DNA of 64,000 bases, taken from a bacterium BMS3Bbin13. Its GTDB lineage: Bacteria > Pseudomonadota > Gammaproteobacteria > 21-64-14. Both the position numbers and the translations under genes were made by a program. The notes beneath the pieces were generated by a model that was not told the DNA's origin, did not search any database, and saw only the letters and a list, made by a program, of their open reading frames with translations. Position 1 is the stretch's first letter. Every line of letters starts with the position of its first letter. Location: contig BDTW01000052.1 of NCBI GenBank assembly GCA_002897735.1, positions 634 to 64,633 of the forward strand. The letters run 5' to 3'. Shown one piece after another: positions 18,414 through 30,066 of the stretch.

Positions 18414-19655
18414 ATGAAAGTGAACCGCAGAGGTTTCATCAAGGGCGCACTCGCCACGGGTGCTACGGTACTCGGCCCCACTCTGGTCGGGAGGACGCCC
18501 GAGGCGCTTGCCGGAGGCACCACCGTCAAGGTGGGCATACTCCACTCGCTCTCCGGCACCATGGCGATCAGCGAAATCCCGGTCAAGAACGCGGAGCTGA
18601 TGGCGATCGAGGAGATCAATGCCGCCGGCGGTGTCATGGGCCGGCGCATCGAACCGGTCGTCGTGGACGGGGCCTCGGACTGGCCGACCTTCGCACAGAA
18701 GGCGCGTGAGCTGATCTCCCGCGACCGGGTGGCGACCGTGTTCGGCTGCTGGACCTCCGCCAGTCGTAAGGCGGTCAAGCCGGTCTTCGAGCAGTACAAC
18801 AACCTCCTCTGGTATCCGGTGCAGTACGAGGGCAACGAATGCTCGCAGAACATCATCTACACCGGTGCCTGCCCCAATCAGCAGATCGAGCCGGCCGTGA
18901 CCTGGCTGCTGAAGAACAAGGGCAAGAAGTTTTTCCTCGTCGGATCCGACTACGTGTTTCCACGTACCGCCAACGCGATCATCAAGGGACAACTCAAGGC
19001 CATGGGCGGGACCCTGGTCGGAGAGGAATACGCGCCCCTGGGGCACATGGAGTTCGCGACCATCGTGAACAAGATCCGCCAATCCGGGGCCGACGTGGTC
19101 TTCAGTACCATCAACGGTGACAGCAACGTCGCCTTCTACAAGCAATATGCGTCCGCCGGTCTTACCCCGGAGAAGGTGCCCATCCTGGCGGTGAGTGTCG
19201 CCGAGGTCGAGGTCCAGGGGATCGGGCCACAGTATTGCAAGGGCCACTACGCGAGTTGGAACTACTTCGAGACGACCGAGACCCCGACGAATCCGAAGTT
19301 CGTGGCGGAGTTCAAGAAGCGCTACGGTCACGCGCAGGTCACCGACGATCCGATCGAACACGGCTATCTGAACGTCTATCTTTGGAAACTCGCCGCCGAG
19401 AAGGCCCGAAGCTTCCAGCCGATGAAGGTTCGCGCGGTGGTCGGGACGGTCGGTTTCGACGCCCCCCAGGGGAAGGTGCACGTCGATCCGGCCAACCAGA
19501 ACCTGTATCAGGTCGCGCGCGTCGGAGAGATCACCGACAGCGGGATGTTTCGCGAAGTGTGGAAGAGCGATGGGCCGGTCAAGCCGCAGCCCTACAGCCC
19601 GTACATCTCGAACATGATGTGCGACTGGGCGCGCGGCGGTCTGGTCAAGCGCTGA
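18414..19655 (+). CDS. urtA: urea ABC transporter substrate-binding protein (Tat-type signal RRGFIKG)
   Basis: 413 aa, Leu/Ile/Val-binding-protein fold signature, twin-arginine signal, first gene of the urtABCDE order. Confidence 0.9.
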   Translation: MKVNRRGFIKGALATGATVLGPTLVGRTPEALAGGTTVKVGILHSLSGTMAISEIPVKNAELMAIEEINAAGGVMGRRIEPVVVDGASDWPTFAQKARELISRDRVATVFGCWTSASRKAVKPVFEQYNNLLWYPVQYEGNECSQNIIYTGACPNQQIEPAVTWLLKNKGKKFFLVGSDYVFPRTANAIIKGQLKAMGGTLVGEEYAPLGHMEFATIVNKIRQSGADVVFSTINGDSNVAFYKQYASAGLTPEKVPILAVSVAEVEVQGIGPQYCKGHYASWNYFETTETPTNPKFVAEFKKRYGHAQVTDDPIEHGYLNVYLWKLAAEKARSFQPMKVRAVVGTVGFDAPQGKVHVDPANQNLYQVARVGEITDSGMFREVWKSDGPVKPQPYSPYISNMMCDWARGGLVKR

Positions 19656-19693
19656 TCCGTGGGACCCGGCGATCGATCTGCAGGAGGTGCGTG

Positions 19694-20602
19694 ATGGATG
19701 CGGCGGCCGCGGTTTCGCAGCTCTTCACCGGGCTCAGCATGGCGTCGATCCTGTTGATGATGGCCCTGGGTCTGGCCGTGATCTTCGGGCTCATGGGCGT
19801 CATCAACATGGCCCACGGCGAGTTGATGACCATGGGGGCCTACGTGGCGTATCTGTGCCAGCTCCTCTTCGCGCACTTCGTGCCGGGGCAAACCGGGTGG
19901 TCCTATCTGCTTGCGCTCCCGCTGTCGTTTGTGGTCAGCGGGCTCCTGGGCTGGGCCATAGAGGTGGCGCTGGTGCGCCACCTCTATGGGCGTCCGTTGG
20001 AGACGCTGCTCGCGACCTGGGGCCTGAGCCTCATCCTGCAGCAGAGTTTCCGCACGATCTTCGGGTCCAACAACGTCTTCGTGAGCACGCCGGAGATCCT
20101 GACCGGCGGCGTGGCGCTGGGCGCTTCGGTGCAACTGCCCTACGTGCGGTTGTTCATCCTGGGGCTCGCCGCGCTGTCGCTCGGGGGCGTCTTCCTGTTC
20201 CTGTATCGGACACGTAACGGTCTGATGATACGATCGGTGATGCAGAATCGCCCGATGGCCGCGAGTTGCGGCATCAATACCCGGCGCATCGACGCACTGA
20301 CCTTCGCCTTCGGTTCGGGGCTCGCGGGGCTCGCCGGCTGCGCCCTGTCGCTGATCGGTTCGGTCGGGCCGACCACCGGGCAGAACTATATCGTCGACTC
20401 CTTCATGGTCGTGGTGCTGGGCGGCGTGGGCCAACTCCTCGGCACCGTCGTCGGGGCGCTGACCATCGGCGAGGCGCACGCGTTGATCGAATACTTCACT
20501 TCCTCCAGCGCCGCCAAGGTGGCGGTGTTCACGATGATCATCCTGTTCCTGCAGGCGCGCCCGGCGGGACTGTTCCCGTCGGTCGGCAGGGTCCTGGACT
20601 AG
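19694..20602 (+). CDS. urtB: urea ABC transporter permease
   Basis: LivH-like permease; ATG about 19694 preceded by CAGGAGG; ORF track opens upstream at 19235 in the same frame. Confidence 0.88.
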   Translation: MDAAAAVSQLFTGLSMASILLMMALGLAVIFGLMGVINMAHGELMTMGAYVAYLCQLLFAHFVPGQTGWSYLLALPLSFVVSGLLGWAIEVALVRHLYGRPLETLLATWGLSLILQQSFRTIFGSNNVFVSTPEILTGGVALGASVQLPYVRLFILGLAALSLGGVFLFLYRTRNGLMIRSVMQNRPMAASCGINTRRIDALTFAFGSGLAGLAGCALSLIGSVGPTTGQNYIVDSFMVVVLGGVGQLLGTVVGALTIGEAHALIEYFTSSSAAKVAVFTMIILFLQARPAGLFPSVGRVLD

Positions 20603-20609
20603 GCCGCGC

Positions 20610-21680
20610 ATGGATGCCCTAGCCGCCCCCGTCTCCGCAGTGCACGCAAAGCGGCGAATGCCGCTGCTGCTGGCCGCCTTGGTGCTGATCGGCGCCGCCG
20701 CCGCCCCGCTCTACCTGCACCAGACCCCCCTCAACCTGCTCGGCCAGTTCCTCGCGCTCGGCATCCTGGCGGTGGGGCTGGATCTGATCTGGGGCTACGC
20801 GGGCATCCTGAGCCTGGGCCAGGGCGTGTTCTTCGGTATCGGCGGCTACCTCATGGCCATGTATCTCAAGATGCAGGGCCTGCAACCCGGGCAGTTGCCG
20901 AACTTCATGACCTGGAGCGGGGTGACCTCGCTCCCCCTGATCTGGCATCCGTTCGAGAGCTTCCCGCTGACGCTGATACTGGTGCTTACCGTGCCGGCCC
21001 TGTTGGCCTATCTGTTCGCCGCCCTGGTCTTCCGCAGCCGCATCCGGGGGGTCTATTTCGCCATCATCACGCAGGCGCTTGCGGTGGCGGTCTCCACGCT
21101 CTTCGTCAATCAGCAACAGTTCACCGGCGGAAGCTCCGGACTCACCGGCTTCAAGACCATCCTGGGCTACTCCTTCTACGCGCGCGCCACTCAGACGGCG
21201 TTCTACGAGGTGACGGTGGCGGTCCTCGCCGCGGTCTTCGCGCTGGCGTGGTACCTGACCCGGTCGCACTTCGGCGTACTGTTGCGCGCCGTACGCGACG
21301 GCGAGAACCGTCTGCGCTTTCTCGGCTACAACCCCACCGTGTACAAGGCGTTCGTTTTCGGTCTGGCGGGCCTGTGCGCGGGCCTCGCCGGGGCGCTCTA
21401 TGTCCCGCAGAACGGAATCATCGCGCCCGGCATGCTCGGCATGGTGCCGTCCATCGAGATGGTGATCTGGGTCGCGGTCGGCGGTCGCGGCACCATCATC
21501 GGGGCGCTTGTCGGCACCCTCGTGGTGAGCTACGCCAAATACTATCTCAGCAGCGCCTATCCCGACTTCTGGCTGTTCCTGATCGGGACGTTGTTCATTG
21601 TGGTGGTATTGTTCTTTCCGCGAGGACTCATGGGGCTGGCCGAACTCGCCGGCCGCGCCGTGCGGCGTGCGACATCATGA
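20610..21680 (+). CDS. urtC: urea ABC transporter permease
   Basis: 356 aa LivM-like permease, 8-10 TM. Confidence 0.88.
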   Translation: MDALAAPVSAVHAKRRMPLLLAALVLIGAAAAPLYLHQTPLNLLGQFLALGILAVGLDLIWGYAGILSLGQGVFFGIGGYLMAMYLKMQGLQPGQLPNFMTWSGVTSLPLIWHPFESFPLTLILVLTVPALLAYLFAALVFRSRIRGVYFAIITQALAVAVSTLFVNQQQFTGGSSGLTGFKTILGYSFYARATQTAFYEVTVAVLAAVFALAWYLTRSHFGVLLRAVRDGENRLRFLGYNPTVYKAFVFGLAGLCAGLAGALYVPQNGIIAPGMLGMVPSIEMVIWVAVGGRGTIIGALVGTLVVSYAKYYLSSAYPDFWLFLIGTLFIVVVLFFPRGLMGLAELAGRAVRRATS

Positions 21681-22432
21681 TCAGGGCGGGCGAATCGGTA
21701 CTGGAGGTCAGCGACCTGGTGGTGGAGTTCGACGGCTTCCGGGCGTTGGACCGTCTGAGCTTCGTGCTGTACGCGGATGTGCTCACGGTGGTTATCGGTC
21801 CCAACGGGGCCGGCAAGACCACCTTCCTCGACGTCATAACCGGGCGCACCCGTGCAGGCAGCGGGTCGGTCCGTTTCCTGGGCCGGGATACGACGGATCT
21901 TTCGGATTACCGCATCGCACGCCTCGGGATGGCCCGCAAGTTCCAGGCCCCGAGCGTGTTTCCGGACCTGACCGTCCGGGACAATCTGCGGGTCGCCGCG
22001 ACGCCCGCCAAGGGGTTGTGGACGGCGCTGAGGGGGCGGCTGGCGCCCCGGACGCGTGAGACGATCGAACACTCCCTGGATATCACCGGGCTGGGTCCGC
22101 TCGCGTCCAGTCCGGCGCTCGTGCTGTCCCACGGCCAGCGCCAGTGGCTGGAGATCGGGATGGCGCTTGCCATGCAGCCGCGCCTGCTGCTGCTCGACGA
22201 GCCGGTCGCCGGTATGACGCCCGACGAGGTGGAGCGTACCGCCGAGCTGCTCCAGGAGATCGCCCGCCGGCGTTCGGTGCTGGTGGTGGAACACGACATG
22301 GGATTCGTGCGGCGGATCGCGCAGCGGGTCTGCGTGTTTCATCAGGGTCGGCAACTGGTCGAGGGTTCCTTCGAGCGGGTCAGCGGTGACCGGCGCGTTC
22401 GGGAGGTCTATCTCGGGGTCGAGACCCCATGA
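21677..22432 (+). CDS. urtD: urea ABC transporter ATP-binding protein
   Basis: Walker A GPNGAGKTT, signature LSHGQRQWLEIG, Walker B LLLLDEP; ATG overlaps the urtC stop (ATGA); ORF track opens at 21248. Confidence 0.9.
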   Translation: MIRAGESVLEVSDLVVEFDGFRALDRLSFVLYADVLTVVIGPNGAGKTTFLDVITGRTRAGSGSVRFLGRDTTDLSDYRIARLGMARKFQAPSVFPDLTVRDNLRVAATPAKGLWTALRGRLAPRTRETIEHSLDITGLGPLASSPALVLSHGQRQWLEIGMALAMQPRLLLLDEPVAGMTPDEVERTAELLQEIARRRSVLVVEHDMGFVRRIAQRVCVFHQGRQLVEGSFERVSGDRRVREVYLGVETP

Positions 22433-23139
22433 GCGGGGCGCTGCTCGAGGTCGAGGGATTGAGCACCGGCTACGGCAGCGCCACCGTGGTGCGCCGTGCC
22501 GGATTGGAGGTTCGGGAGGGCGAAGTCACCTGTCTGCTCGGGCGCAACGGCGTCGGCAAGACCACGTTTCTAAAGGCCGTGATGGGGCTGCTACCCGCCT
22601 GGGAAGGCACGGTGCGCTTTCGCGGCGAAGACCTCACGCACGCCCCCGCCTACCGCCGCGCGCGGTTGGGTTTCGCCTACGTCCCCCAGGGGCGCGAGAT
22701 CCTGCCGCAACTCAGTGTCGAGGAGAACATCCGGCTCGGCGGATTCGCCTGCGCCGAGTCCGCTCCCGGCATCCCGGACGAGATCTTCGCCTACTTCCCG
22801 GGGTTGCGGACCATGCTGCGGCGCCGCGCCGGAAACCTCTCGGGCGGGCAGCAGCAGCAACTGGCATTCGCACGGGCGCTGATGGCACGCCCGCGCCTGT
22901 TGCTCCTCGACGAACCCACCGAGGGTATTCAGCCCAACCTGGTAGAGGACATCCGGCGCGCGATTCTCGCCATGAACCGGGAACTCGGCCTGACCGTGCT
23001 GCTGGTCGAGCAGAAGATGGCATTCGTGCGCTCGGTGGCGCAACACTATTACGCCATGGATCGGGGCGCGGTGCTCTCCCATGGCTCGATGGCCGAACTG
23101 GACGATGCGACGGTGCGCCGTTATCTCGAAGTGAGCTGA
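22429..23139 (+). CDS. urtE: urea ABC transporter ATP-binding protein
   Basis: Walker A GRNGVGKTT, LSGGQQQQLAFARAL, LLLLDEP; ATGA overlap with urtD. Confidence 0.9.
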   Translation: MSGALLEVEGLSTGYGSATVVRRAGLEVREGEVTCLLGRNGVGKTTFLKAVMGLLPAWEGTVRFRGEDLTHAPAYRRARLGFAYVPQGREILPQLSVEENIRLGGFACAESAPGIPDEIFAYFPGLRTMLRRRAGNLSGGQQQQLAFARALMARPRLLLLDEPTEGIQPNLVEDIRRAILAMNRELGLTVLLVEQKMAFVRSVAQHYYAMDRGAVLSHGSMAELDDATVRRYLEVS

Positions 23140-23350
23140 TCCCGGTTCGGGGCGCACCAGGACCGGACGCGCCGCACCCGCGTCGGTGCTATGAGGCTAT
23201 AATGATTCGCCGCGGCGAGCCGGTTTTCCCCGGCGGATGCGGGCCTTGTATATCGGGCCTCGCGCGCGGTGGGCGTGACGCGAACATTGCTTTTTCCGCA
23301 CCGGGCCGCGCACCGCGAGGGTCGCGAACGGCCCTCGGAGGGCGCGGCGC

Positions 23351-24187
23351 ATGTCGGCGACGGTATCATCGGGTTGGCGTGCGCACCTGGACCTCGGTTT
23401 CGAGTTGCGCCGGGTGAACGGTTGTTCGCGGACGGTGCTGATACGTCGCAGGCACCGGGGGCCGCTCATGGTGCAGCGCCCGCTGTACCCGGAAGGCGCG
23501 GTGTGCCACTCGCTGCTTTTGCACCCGCCCGGCGGGATGGTGGGCGGGGATTCGCTGGAACTGGACGTCTCCTGCGGGCCCGGGGCGCAGGCCCTTCTGA
23601 CCACGCCCGGCGCGGCGAAGTGTTACCGCAGCGCCGGCGCGCAGGTCCGGGTACGCCAGCGGCTGCGTGTGGACCACGGGGGCGGCCTCGAATGGTTGCC
23701 CCAGGAGTTGATCGTCTACGAGGGTGCGGTGCTGGAGGCTGCAACCCGGGTGGATCTGGCGCGCGACGCGCGGTTCCTGGGCTGGGAGATCGTCTGCCTG
23801 GGCCGTCCCGCGGCGGGCGAGGGTTTCGCCCGCGGGCGGTTTACGCAGCGCTTCGAGATTCGGCGTGCCGGCGCGCCGCTGCTCGTGGAGCGGCTGAGCG
23901 TGCCGGGAGGCGATGTGCTGCTCGAGGAACCCTGGGGACTGGGCGGCTCAACGGTGAGTGCGATCCTGATCGCGACGCCGGCGGATGCGGCGTTGCGCGA
24001 CGTGGTACTGGGCGCGTCGGGCGCGGAGCCGGGATTCTCCGCGACGCTGCTCGACGACCTGCTCGTATCCCGTTACCTCGGGACGCGCGGCGACGTCGCG
24101 CGGGCCTGTCTGGAAGCGGCATGGGGCGCGATTCGCAAGCCCCTGTTCGGGCGGGAAGCGCGGCGCCCGCGAATCTGGAACACCTGA
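23351..24187 (+). CDS. ureD: urease accessory protein UreD/UreH
   Basis: 278 aa, first gene of ureDABCEFG order; RVNGCSRT...[11 protein letters not shown] motif region. Confidence 0.85.
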   Translation: MSATVSSGWRAHLDLGFELRRVNGCSRTVLIRRRHRGPLMVQRPLYPEGAVCHSLLLHPPGGMVGGDSLELDVSCGPGAQALLTTPGAAKCYRSAGAQVRVRQRLRVDHGGGLEWLPQELIVYEGAVLEAATRVDLARDARFLGWEIVCLGRPAAGEGFARGRFTQRFEIRRAGAPLLVERLSVPGGDVLLEEPWGLGGSTVSAILIATPADAALRDVVLGASGAEPGFSATLLDDLLVSRYLGTRGDVARACLEAAWGAIRKPLFGREARRPRIWNT

Positions 24188-24236
24188 ACCCGGGCCGTCG
24201 AATCGGTACCGGCAAAGCGAATCAGGAGGGCGAGTC

Positions 24237-24539
24237 GTGGATCTCACTCCACGGGAAAAGGACAAGTTGCTGCTCTTCGCGGCGGGATTTCTGGCAGAGC
24301 GCCGCAAGGCCCGCGGTGTGCGCCTCAATTACCCGGAAGCCGCGGCCTACATCAGCGCCGCGGTGCTGGAGCGGGCGCGCGACGGCGCCGGCGTTGCGGA
24401 GCTGATGGACTACGGCGCCACCCTCCTGACCCGGGAAGACGTGATGGAGGGAATACCGGAGATGTTGACCGAGGTGCAGGTGGAGGCCACTTTCCCGGAC
24501 GGGACCAAGTTGGTCACCGTGCACAATCCAATCCCGTAG
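24237..24539 (+). CDS. ureA: urease gamma subunit
   Basis: (GTG)[38 protein letters not shown] - canonical UreA N-terminus; AGGAGG RBS 8 nt upstream; 100 aa. Confidence 0.92.
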   Translation: MDLTPREKDKLLLFAAGFLAERRKARGVRLNYPEAAAYISAAVLERARDGAGVAELMDYGATLLTREDVMEGIPEMLTEVQVEATFPDGTKLVTVHNPIP

Positions 24540-24568
24540 ACCCGCCGCGCGGGCGCATAACGACGGAG

Positions 24569-24889
24569 GTGGCCATGATCCCGGGAGAATATTGGGTTGC
24601 GGAGGGTGAAATCGTCCTCAACCGGGGACGTGACACCCTCGACCTGACGGTCGCCAACACCGGTGATCGCCCGATCCAGGTCGGATCCCACTATCATTTC
24701 CAGGAGACCAACGGGGCCCTGTCGTTCGATCGCGAGGCGGCGCGCGGATTTCGCCTCGATATCCCCGCCGGCACCGCGGTGCGCTTCGAACCGGGCCAGG
24801 AGCGACGGGTCCGGCTGGTCGCCTACGCCGGCGCACGCCGCGTGCTGGGGTTCCAGGCACGGGTGATGGGCGGACTGGAGGAGGATTGA
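24569..24889 (+). CDS. ureB: urease beta subunit
   Basis: MIPGEY...[15 protein letters not shown] canonical UreB. Confidence 0.92.
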   Translation: MAMIPGEYWVAEGEIVLNRGRDTLDLTVANTGDRPIQVGSHYHFQETNGALSFDREAARGFRLDIPAGTAVRFEPGQERRVRLVAYAGARRVLGFQARVMGGLEED

Positions 24890-26592
24890 TGGCACGCATT
24901 TCGCGTCGCGCCTATGCCGAGATGTTCGGCCCCACCGTCGGGGACCGCGTTCGCCTGGCCGATACCGAACTGGTGATCGAGGTCGAAGCCGACGCCGCGA
25001 CATACGGGGAGGAGGTGAAGTTCGGGGGCGGAAAAGTGATCCGGGACGGGATGGGCCAGAGCCAGCAGGGCGCGCCCGTCGCCGTCGACACGGTGATTAC
25101 CAATGCCTTGATCGTCGATCATTGGGGAATCGTGAAGGCCGATATCGGGATCCGGGCCGGGAGGATCGCCGGGATCGGCAAGGCCGGCAACCCGGACATT
25201 CAGCCCGGGGTCGATATCGTGATCGGGCCGGGCACGGAAGCGATCGCGGGCGAGGGCCTGATCGTCACCGCCGGCGGGATCGACGGCCACATCCATTTCA
25301 TCTGCCCGCAGCAGATCGAAGAGGCGCTCATGTCGGGTGTCACCACCATGCTGGGGGGAGGGACCGGTCCCGCCACGGGCACCAACGCCACGACGTGTAC
25401 GCCCGGCGCCTGGAATCTGCATCGCATGTTGCAGGCCGCCGAGGGGTTTCCCGTAAACCTCGGTTTTCTCGGGAAGGGCAATGCCAGTCTGCCCCACGCC
25501 CTGCGCCAGCAGGTCGAGGCCGGTGCAATGGGACTGAAGCTGCACGAGGACTGGGGCACCACCCCCGCGGCGATCGACTGCTGTCTGTCGGTGGCCGAGG
25601 AATACGACGTCCAGGTGGCCATCCACACGGACACGCTGAACGAATCGGGATTCGTGGAGGATACGCTGGCGGCCTTCAAGGGGCGGGCGATTCATGCCTA
25701 TCACACCGAGGGGGCGGGCGGCGGCCACGCGCCGGATATCATCCGCGCCTGCGGGCAGGCGAACGTCCTTCCTTCGAGCACCAACCCGACGCGGCCCTAC
25801 ACCGTCAACACGGTGGACGAGCACCTGGACATGCTCATGGTCTGTCACCACCTGGATCCGGGGGTCGCCGAGGACGTGGCCTTCTCCGAATCGCGCATTC
25901 GCCGCGAGACCATCGCCGCCGAGGATATCCTGCACGATCTCGGGGCGTTTTCCATGATCGCCTCCGATTCGCAGGCCATGGGCCGCGTCGGGGAGGTCAT
26001 CATGCGCACCTGGCAGACCGCCCACAAGATGAAGGTCCAGCGGGGCCCGCTGGTCGGCGATTCGGCGCGCAACGACAACCTCCGGGTGCGCCGTTATATC
26101 GCCAAGTACACGATCAATCCCGCGATCACGTACGGGATCGCGCACGAGGTCGGTTCGCTGGAGGTCGGCAAACTGGCCGACATCGTGCTGTGGCGGCCCG
26201 CCTTCTTCGGCGTCAAGCCGTCGCTGGTGATCAAGGCGGGTTTGATCGTCGCCGCCCCCATGGGCGACCCCAACGCCTCGATCCCGACCCCGCAACCGGT
26301 GCACTATCGTCCGATGTTCGCGGCCTTCGGCGGTGCACTCCCGGCCACGTGCCTGACCTTCGTCTCGCGCGCCGCCTACGAGACGGACCTCGGCGCCCAC
26401 CTCGGCCTGGCCAGGCGCCTCGTCCCGGTGGCCGATACCCGTACGATCGGAAAGAGGGATATGGTGTTGAACGACTACCTGCCCGAAATCGAGGTCGACC
26501 CCCAGACCTATGAGGTACGCGCCGACGGTCAGTTGCTGACCTGCGAACCCGCCACGGAGCTGCCGCTCGCGCAGCGCTATTTCCTGTTCTGA
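24886..26592 (+). CDS. ureC: urease alpha subunit
   Basis: 568 aa; [30 protein letters not shown] (carbamylated-Lys region), CHHLD; ATGA overlap with ureB. Confidence 0.95.
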   Translation: MMARISRRAYAEMFGPTVGDRVRLADTELVIEVEADAATYGEEVKFGGGKVIRDGMGQSQQGAPVAVDTVITNALIVDHWGIVKADIGIRAGRIAGIGKAGNPDIQPGVDIVIGPGTEAIAGEGLIVTAGGIDGHIHFICPQQIEEALMSGVTTMLGGGTGPATGTNATTCTPGAWNLHRMLQAAEGFPVNLGFLGKGNASLPHALRQQVEAGAMGLKLHEDWGTTPAAIDCCLSVAEEYDVQVAIHTDTLNESGFVEDTLAAFKGRAIHAYHTEGAGGGHAPDIIRACGQANVLPSSTNPTRPYTVNTVDEHLDMLMVCHHLDPGVAEDVAFSESRIRRETIAAEDILHDLGAFSMIASDSQAMGRVGEVIMRTWQTAHKMKVQRGPLVGDSARNDNLRVRRYIAKYTINPAITYGIAHEVGSLEVGKLADIVLWRPAFFGVKPSLVIKAGLIVAAPMGDPNASIPTPQPVHYRPMFAAFGGALPATCLTFVSRAAYETDLGAHLGLARRLVPVADTRTIGKRDMVLNDYLPEIEVDPQTYEVRADGQLLTCEPATELPLAQRYFLF

Positions 26593-26593
26593 T

Positions 26594-27076
26594 ATGGGCG
26601 ACGTACGGTCAATGCCGGACCTGCGGCTGGTGGAACGTCTGGCGCCCGGGACGGCACCCCCCGCCGCCGTCGAGGCCACGGTTACGCTGAGATTCGACGA
26701 GCGCCGGCGCAGCCGGTTGCCGGTCCATCTCGACGACGGGCGCGCGGCGGCCCTGTTGCTGCCGCGCGGGACGCGGTTGCGGGGGGGCGATCGGCTGCGT
26801 GCCGAGAACGGCATCCTGGTGGCCGTGCGTGCGGCGGTCGAGCCGGTATCGACCGCGCGTGCGCAAGACCCGCTGCTGCTGGCGCGCGCCTGCTACCATC
26901 TGGGCAACCGCCACGTCCCCCTGGAGATCGCGGTCGACTACGTCCGCTATCTGCACGATCACGTGCTCGATGGGATGCTCGTTCAACTCGGTCTGATCGT
27001 GGTCTCCGAGAGCGTCCCGTTCGAGCCGGAGGCCGGGGCGTTCCAGGGGGGGCACGCCCACACCCATGACCGCTGA
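26594..27076 (+). CDS. ureE: urease accessory protein UreE (short His tail)
   Basis: 160 aa, YHLGNRHVPLEI motif, C-terminal GGHAHTHDR. Confidence 0.8.
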   Translation: MGDVRSMPDLRLVERLAPGTAPPAAVEATVTLRFDERRRSRLPVHLDDGRAAALLLPRGTRLRGGDRLRAENGILVAVRAAVEPVSTARAQDPLLLARACYHLGNRHVPLEIAVDYVRYLHDHVLDGMLVQLGLIVVSESVPFEPEAGAFQGGHAHTHDR

Positions 27077-27752
27077 ACCGGAGTGCGATGCGGCGCGCGC
27101 ACGCCTGTGGCAGTTGATCAGCCCGGCGCTCCCGGTGGGGGCCTATGCCTATTCCCAGGGACTGGAGTTCGCGGTACACGCCGGTTGGGTGCGCGACGAG
27201 GCGGGTGCCGGTGCGTGGATCCGGGGGCACCTCCACCATGGACCCGCGCTCGCCGATGTGCCGGTGCTGGGACGCTGCCACGAGGCGTGGTGTGCGGGCG
27301 ACGCAGACTCGGCGCACCGCTGGAGCCGGTGGCTGCTCGCGAACCGTGGCGCGGCGGAACTGCTCGCCGAGGACCGCCAGATCGGTGCGTCCCTGGCGCG
27401 CACGTTGGCGGTCCTCGGACTCGACGAGGCGGCCGCGTGGGTCGGGTCGCCGGACGCGAGCTTCGCCTGCCTGTTCGCGTTGGCCGCGGCGCGCTGGGGG
27501 ATCGATCCCGAGGCTGCGGCCACCGGTTATCTCTGGGCCTGGGCGCAGAATCAGGTGTCCGCGGCGGTGAAGTTGGTGCCGCTCGGGCAAAGTGCCGGCC
27601 AGCGACTGCTGTTCGCCATCGGCAATGAGGTCGGAGCGATCGCCCGCCACGGGCTCGTGCTCGATGACGAGGCGATGGGCGCGTGCGCGCCGGGGGTGGT
27701 GACGGCGGCCGCCCGGCACGAGAGACAATACAGCCGCCTGTTCCGGTCCTGA
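27066..27752 (+). CDS. ureF: urease accessory protein UreF
   Basis: 228 aa; [21 protein letters not shown] canonical UreF N-terminus. Confidence 0.85.
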   Translation: MTAEPECDAARARLWQLISPALPVGAYAYSQGLEFAVHAGWVRDEAGAGAWIRGHLHHGPALADVPVLGRCHEAWCAGDADSAHRWSRWLLANRGAAELLAEDRQIGASLARTLAVLGLDEAAAWVGSPDASFACLFALAAARWGIDPEAAATGYLWAWAQNQVSAAVKLVPLGQSAGQRLLFAIGNEVGAIARHGLVLDDEAMGACAPGVVTAAARHERQYSRLFRS

Positions 27753-27792
27753 TAACGGACGGTCCGGGAGGCTCTGGAAAGAGGCGCCTTCG

Positions 27793-28416
27793 ATGAGCCA
27801 ACACCAGGTCCTGCGCGTAGGGATCGGCGGTCCCGTGGGTTCCGGGAAGACCGCCCTGATCGACCGCCTGTGCAAGCGCCTGAGCGCGCATTATCAAGTG
27901 GCGGTGGTGACCAACGATATCTATACGAAGGAGGACGCCGAGTTTCTGGTCCGCAGTCGTGCGCTGGCGCCCGAGCGGATCATGGGCGTGGAGACCGGCG
28001 GCTGCCCGCACACGGCGATCCGCGAGGACGCCTCCATGAACCTGGCGGCGATCGATGAGATGGAGCGGCGCTTCGCGGGCCTGGACCTGATATTCGTCGA
28101 GAGCGGCGGCGACAATCTGAGCGCCACCTTCAGCCCGGAATTGGCGGACGTGGCGGTGTACGTCATCGATGTGGCGGCCGGGGACAAGATCCCGCGCAAG
28201 GGCGGGCCCGCCATCACGTGCTCCGACCTGCTGGTGATCAATAAAATCGATCTCGCCCCCCAGGTGGGTGCGTCATTGGAAGTAATGGCCCGCGATGCGC
28301 GGCGCATGCGCGGTGATCGCCCGTTCCTGTTCACCAACCTGAAGAGCGGGGAGGGCCTCGAAGAGGTGGAAGCCTTCCTGCTGCGCGCGGGGATGTTGGA
28401 GTCGGGGGCGGGTTAG
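27793..28416 (+). CDS. ureG: urease accessory GTPase UreG
   Basis: [12 protein letters not shown]-loop, ETGGCPH, ESGGDNL, INKIDL. Confidence 0.95.
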   Translation: MSQHQVLRVGIGGPVGSGKTALIDRLCKRLSAHYQVAVVTNDIYTKEDAEFLVRSRALAPERIMGVETGGCPHTAIREDASMNLAAIDEMERRFAGLDLIFVESGGDNLSATFSPELADVAVYVIDVAAGDKIPRKGGPAITCSDLLVINKIDLAPQVGASLEVMARDARRMRGDRPFLFTNLKSGEGLEEVEAFLLRAGMLESGAG

Positions 28417-28572
28417 CCCGGCCGGGGTGGCGGGGCCGGATCGTTTCCGGGTCTCGCGTACCCCGGTGCCCATACCACCCCGGTCGTTCAGGCGGACGGC
28501 CTCTTCCGTGTCGGGGGTCGCCCCCGATTTTCCGCTTTCCATGGCCGCCGGGTTCTGCTTCAATCCGCCGCT

Positions 28573-30066
28573 ATGCGGACGGTTCGTTGGTTTCGGTGGG
28601 CGGTGGTACTGCTGGCGGGGTCCGGCGCCGCGGCGGCCGCGGCGCCTCCTCCCGCGCTCCCCGCATTGCACCGGCTCCAGGCGCGGCTCGGCGTCGCCAC
28701 GAGCGCGCTGGTCGTGCGACTCGACGAGCATCGGACGCTGGCGGCGATCGATCCGAAAACGCGACTGATCCCGGCATCGCTCACCAAGCTCTATACGGCC
28801 GCGGCGGCGCTGCATCGTTGGGGCCCCGACCATCGTTTCGTGACGCGCCTGGCATACCGGGGCCGGATCGCGGCCGGCGTGCTGCACGGTGATCTCGTGT
28901 TCGTCGGCGCCGGCGATCCCGGGCTGACGTGGGATTCGCTCTGGGAACTGGCGGCGGGTGCCGCCGCCCAGGCGGGGTTGCGCCGTGTCCGGGGCGACCT
29001 CGTGGTCGACCAGTCGCGGCTCGGCGCGGTCCCGTGCGCCACCTCGGACCGCTGTCGTGCGCTGCACGGTTCCGATCACGCCTACAACGCACCGCTCTCC
29101 TCGGCGGGCGTGAACTACGGGGCGTGGTGCGTCTGGGTCCGTCCGGCGCCGGCCGCGGGACACCGGGCCGCGGCCGGCCTCTGTCCGCCGGTGGTCCCGG
29201 GTACCGCATTGGTCGGGGGGGTGCGCACCACCGCACGCGGATACGGTGCGCACGTGGAGTTGTGGCGGACCACCGAGGCCGGCGTGGATACCCTGCACAT
29301 CGGCGGTGCCGTGTCCGCGGCCCTGCCTACGGGTCGCTACTACGTCTCGGCCTCCGATCCGGCGCGCCTGACCGGCGTGCTCCTGCGCTCGCTGCTGGCC
29401 GCCCGGGGCGTCCGCGTCGACGGCCGCGTCCGGGTGGTCTCCCATCCGCTCGCGAATCTCGAGCCGCTGGTCGCCGTGAAGGGTCCGACGCTCGGACACG
29501 AGATCAGCGTGATGATGCACTACAGCAACGACTACATGGCCGATGTCCTGGCCCTGGACTTGGTGCGCGAGCGGGCGGGGGACGCCGATCCGCCGCTGCT
29601 GGCGGATGCCGGCGCGGCCCTCGGGCGTTTCGCCGCCGCGATGGACCGCGCCGCGCGGATTCCGGGCGCCGCGCCGCGCGGGACGCCGGTGATCGCCAGC
29701 GGCAGCGGGCTCACACCGGCGAACCGGCTGTCGGCGGACGACGTGGTGGCGCTGCTCACGCGCATGTACCACAGCCCGGCCCTGTTCCCGTCGTATCTGG
29801 CCGCACTGTCGGTCCCGCGCGGGGCGCCGATGCGCATGCTCCGCGGCGGAAATCGGGTCTGGCTGACGCAGACCGCGGTCAAGACCGGGTCCATGAACGA
29901 GCCGGTGTCGGTGCTCGGCGTGGCCGGTTACTTCCGCACCCGCGACGGCGGATGGGGTGCCTTCGCCGTGCTCGTCAACGGCACCCGGCGGCGACCCCAC
30001 TTCGCCTGGTACCAGGCCATGGCGGCCATCGAGCACGACATCGCGCGTTTGGCCGCGGCTCGTTGA
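28573..30066 (+). CDS. dacB: D-alanyl-D-alanine carboxypeptidase/endopeptidase PBP4 (S13 peptidase)
   Basis: Signal peptide, SxxK motif PASLTKLYT, SxN region, KTG motif AVKTGSM; 497 aa. Confidence 0.8.
   Translation: MRTVRWFRWAVVLLAGSGAAAAAAPPPALPALHRLQARLGVATSALVVRLDEHRTLAAIDPKTRLIPASLTKLYTAAAALHRWGPDHRFVTRLAYRGRIAAGVLHGDLVFVGAGDPGLTWDSLWELAAGAAAQAGLRRVRGDLVVDQSRLGAVPCATSDRCRALHGSDHAYNAPLSSAGVNYGAWCVWVRPAPAAGHRAAAGLCPPVVPGTALVGGVRTTARGYGAHVELWRTTEAGVDTLHIGGAVSAALPTGRYYVSASDPARLTGVLLRSLLAARGVRVDGRVRVVSHPLANLEPLVAVKGPTLGHEISVMMHYSNDYMADVLALDLVRERAGDADPPLLADAGAALGRFAAAMDRAARIPGAAPRGTPVIASGSGLTPANRLSADDVVALLTRMYHSPALFPSYLAALSVPRGAPMRMLRGGNRVWLTQTAVKTGSMNEPVSVLGVAGYFRTRDGGWGAFAVLVNGTRRRPHFAWYQAMAAIEHDIARLAAAR

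Noticed and set aside
23140-23350. possible regulatory RNA or leader between urtE and ureD
   Set aside because: The 210-nt gap has a TATAAT-like hexamer but no conserved structure I could recognise. It is most likely just the ureD promoter region.
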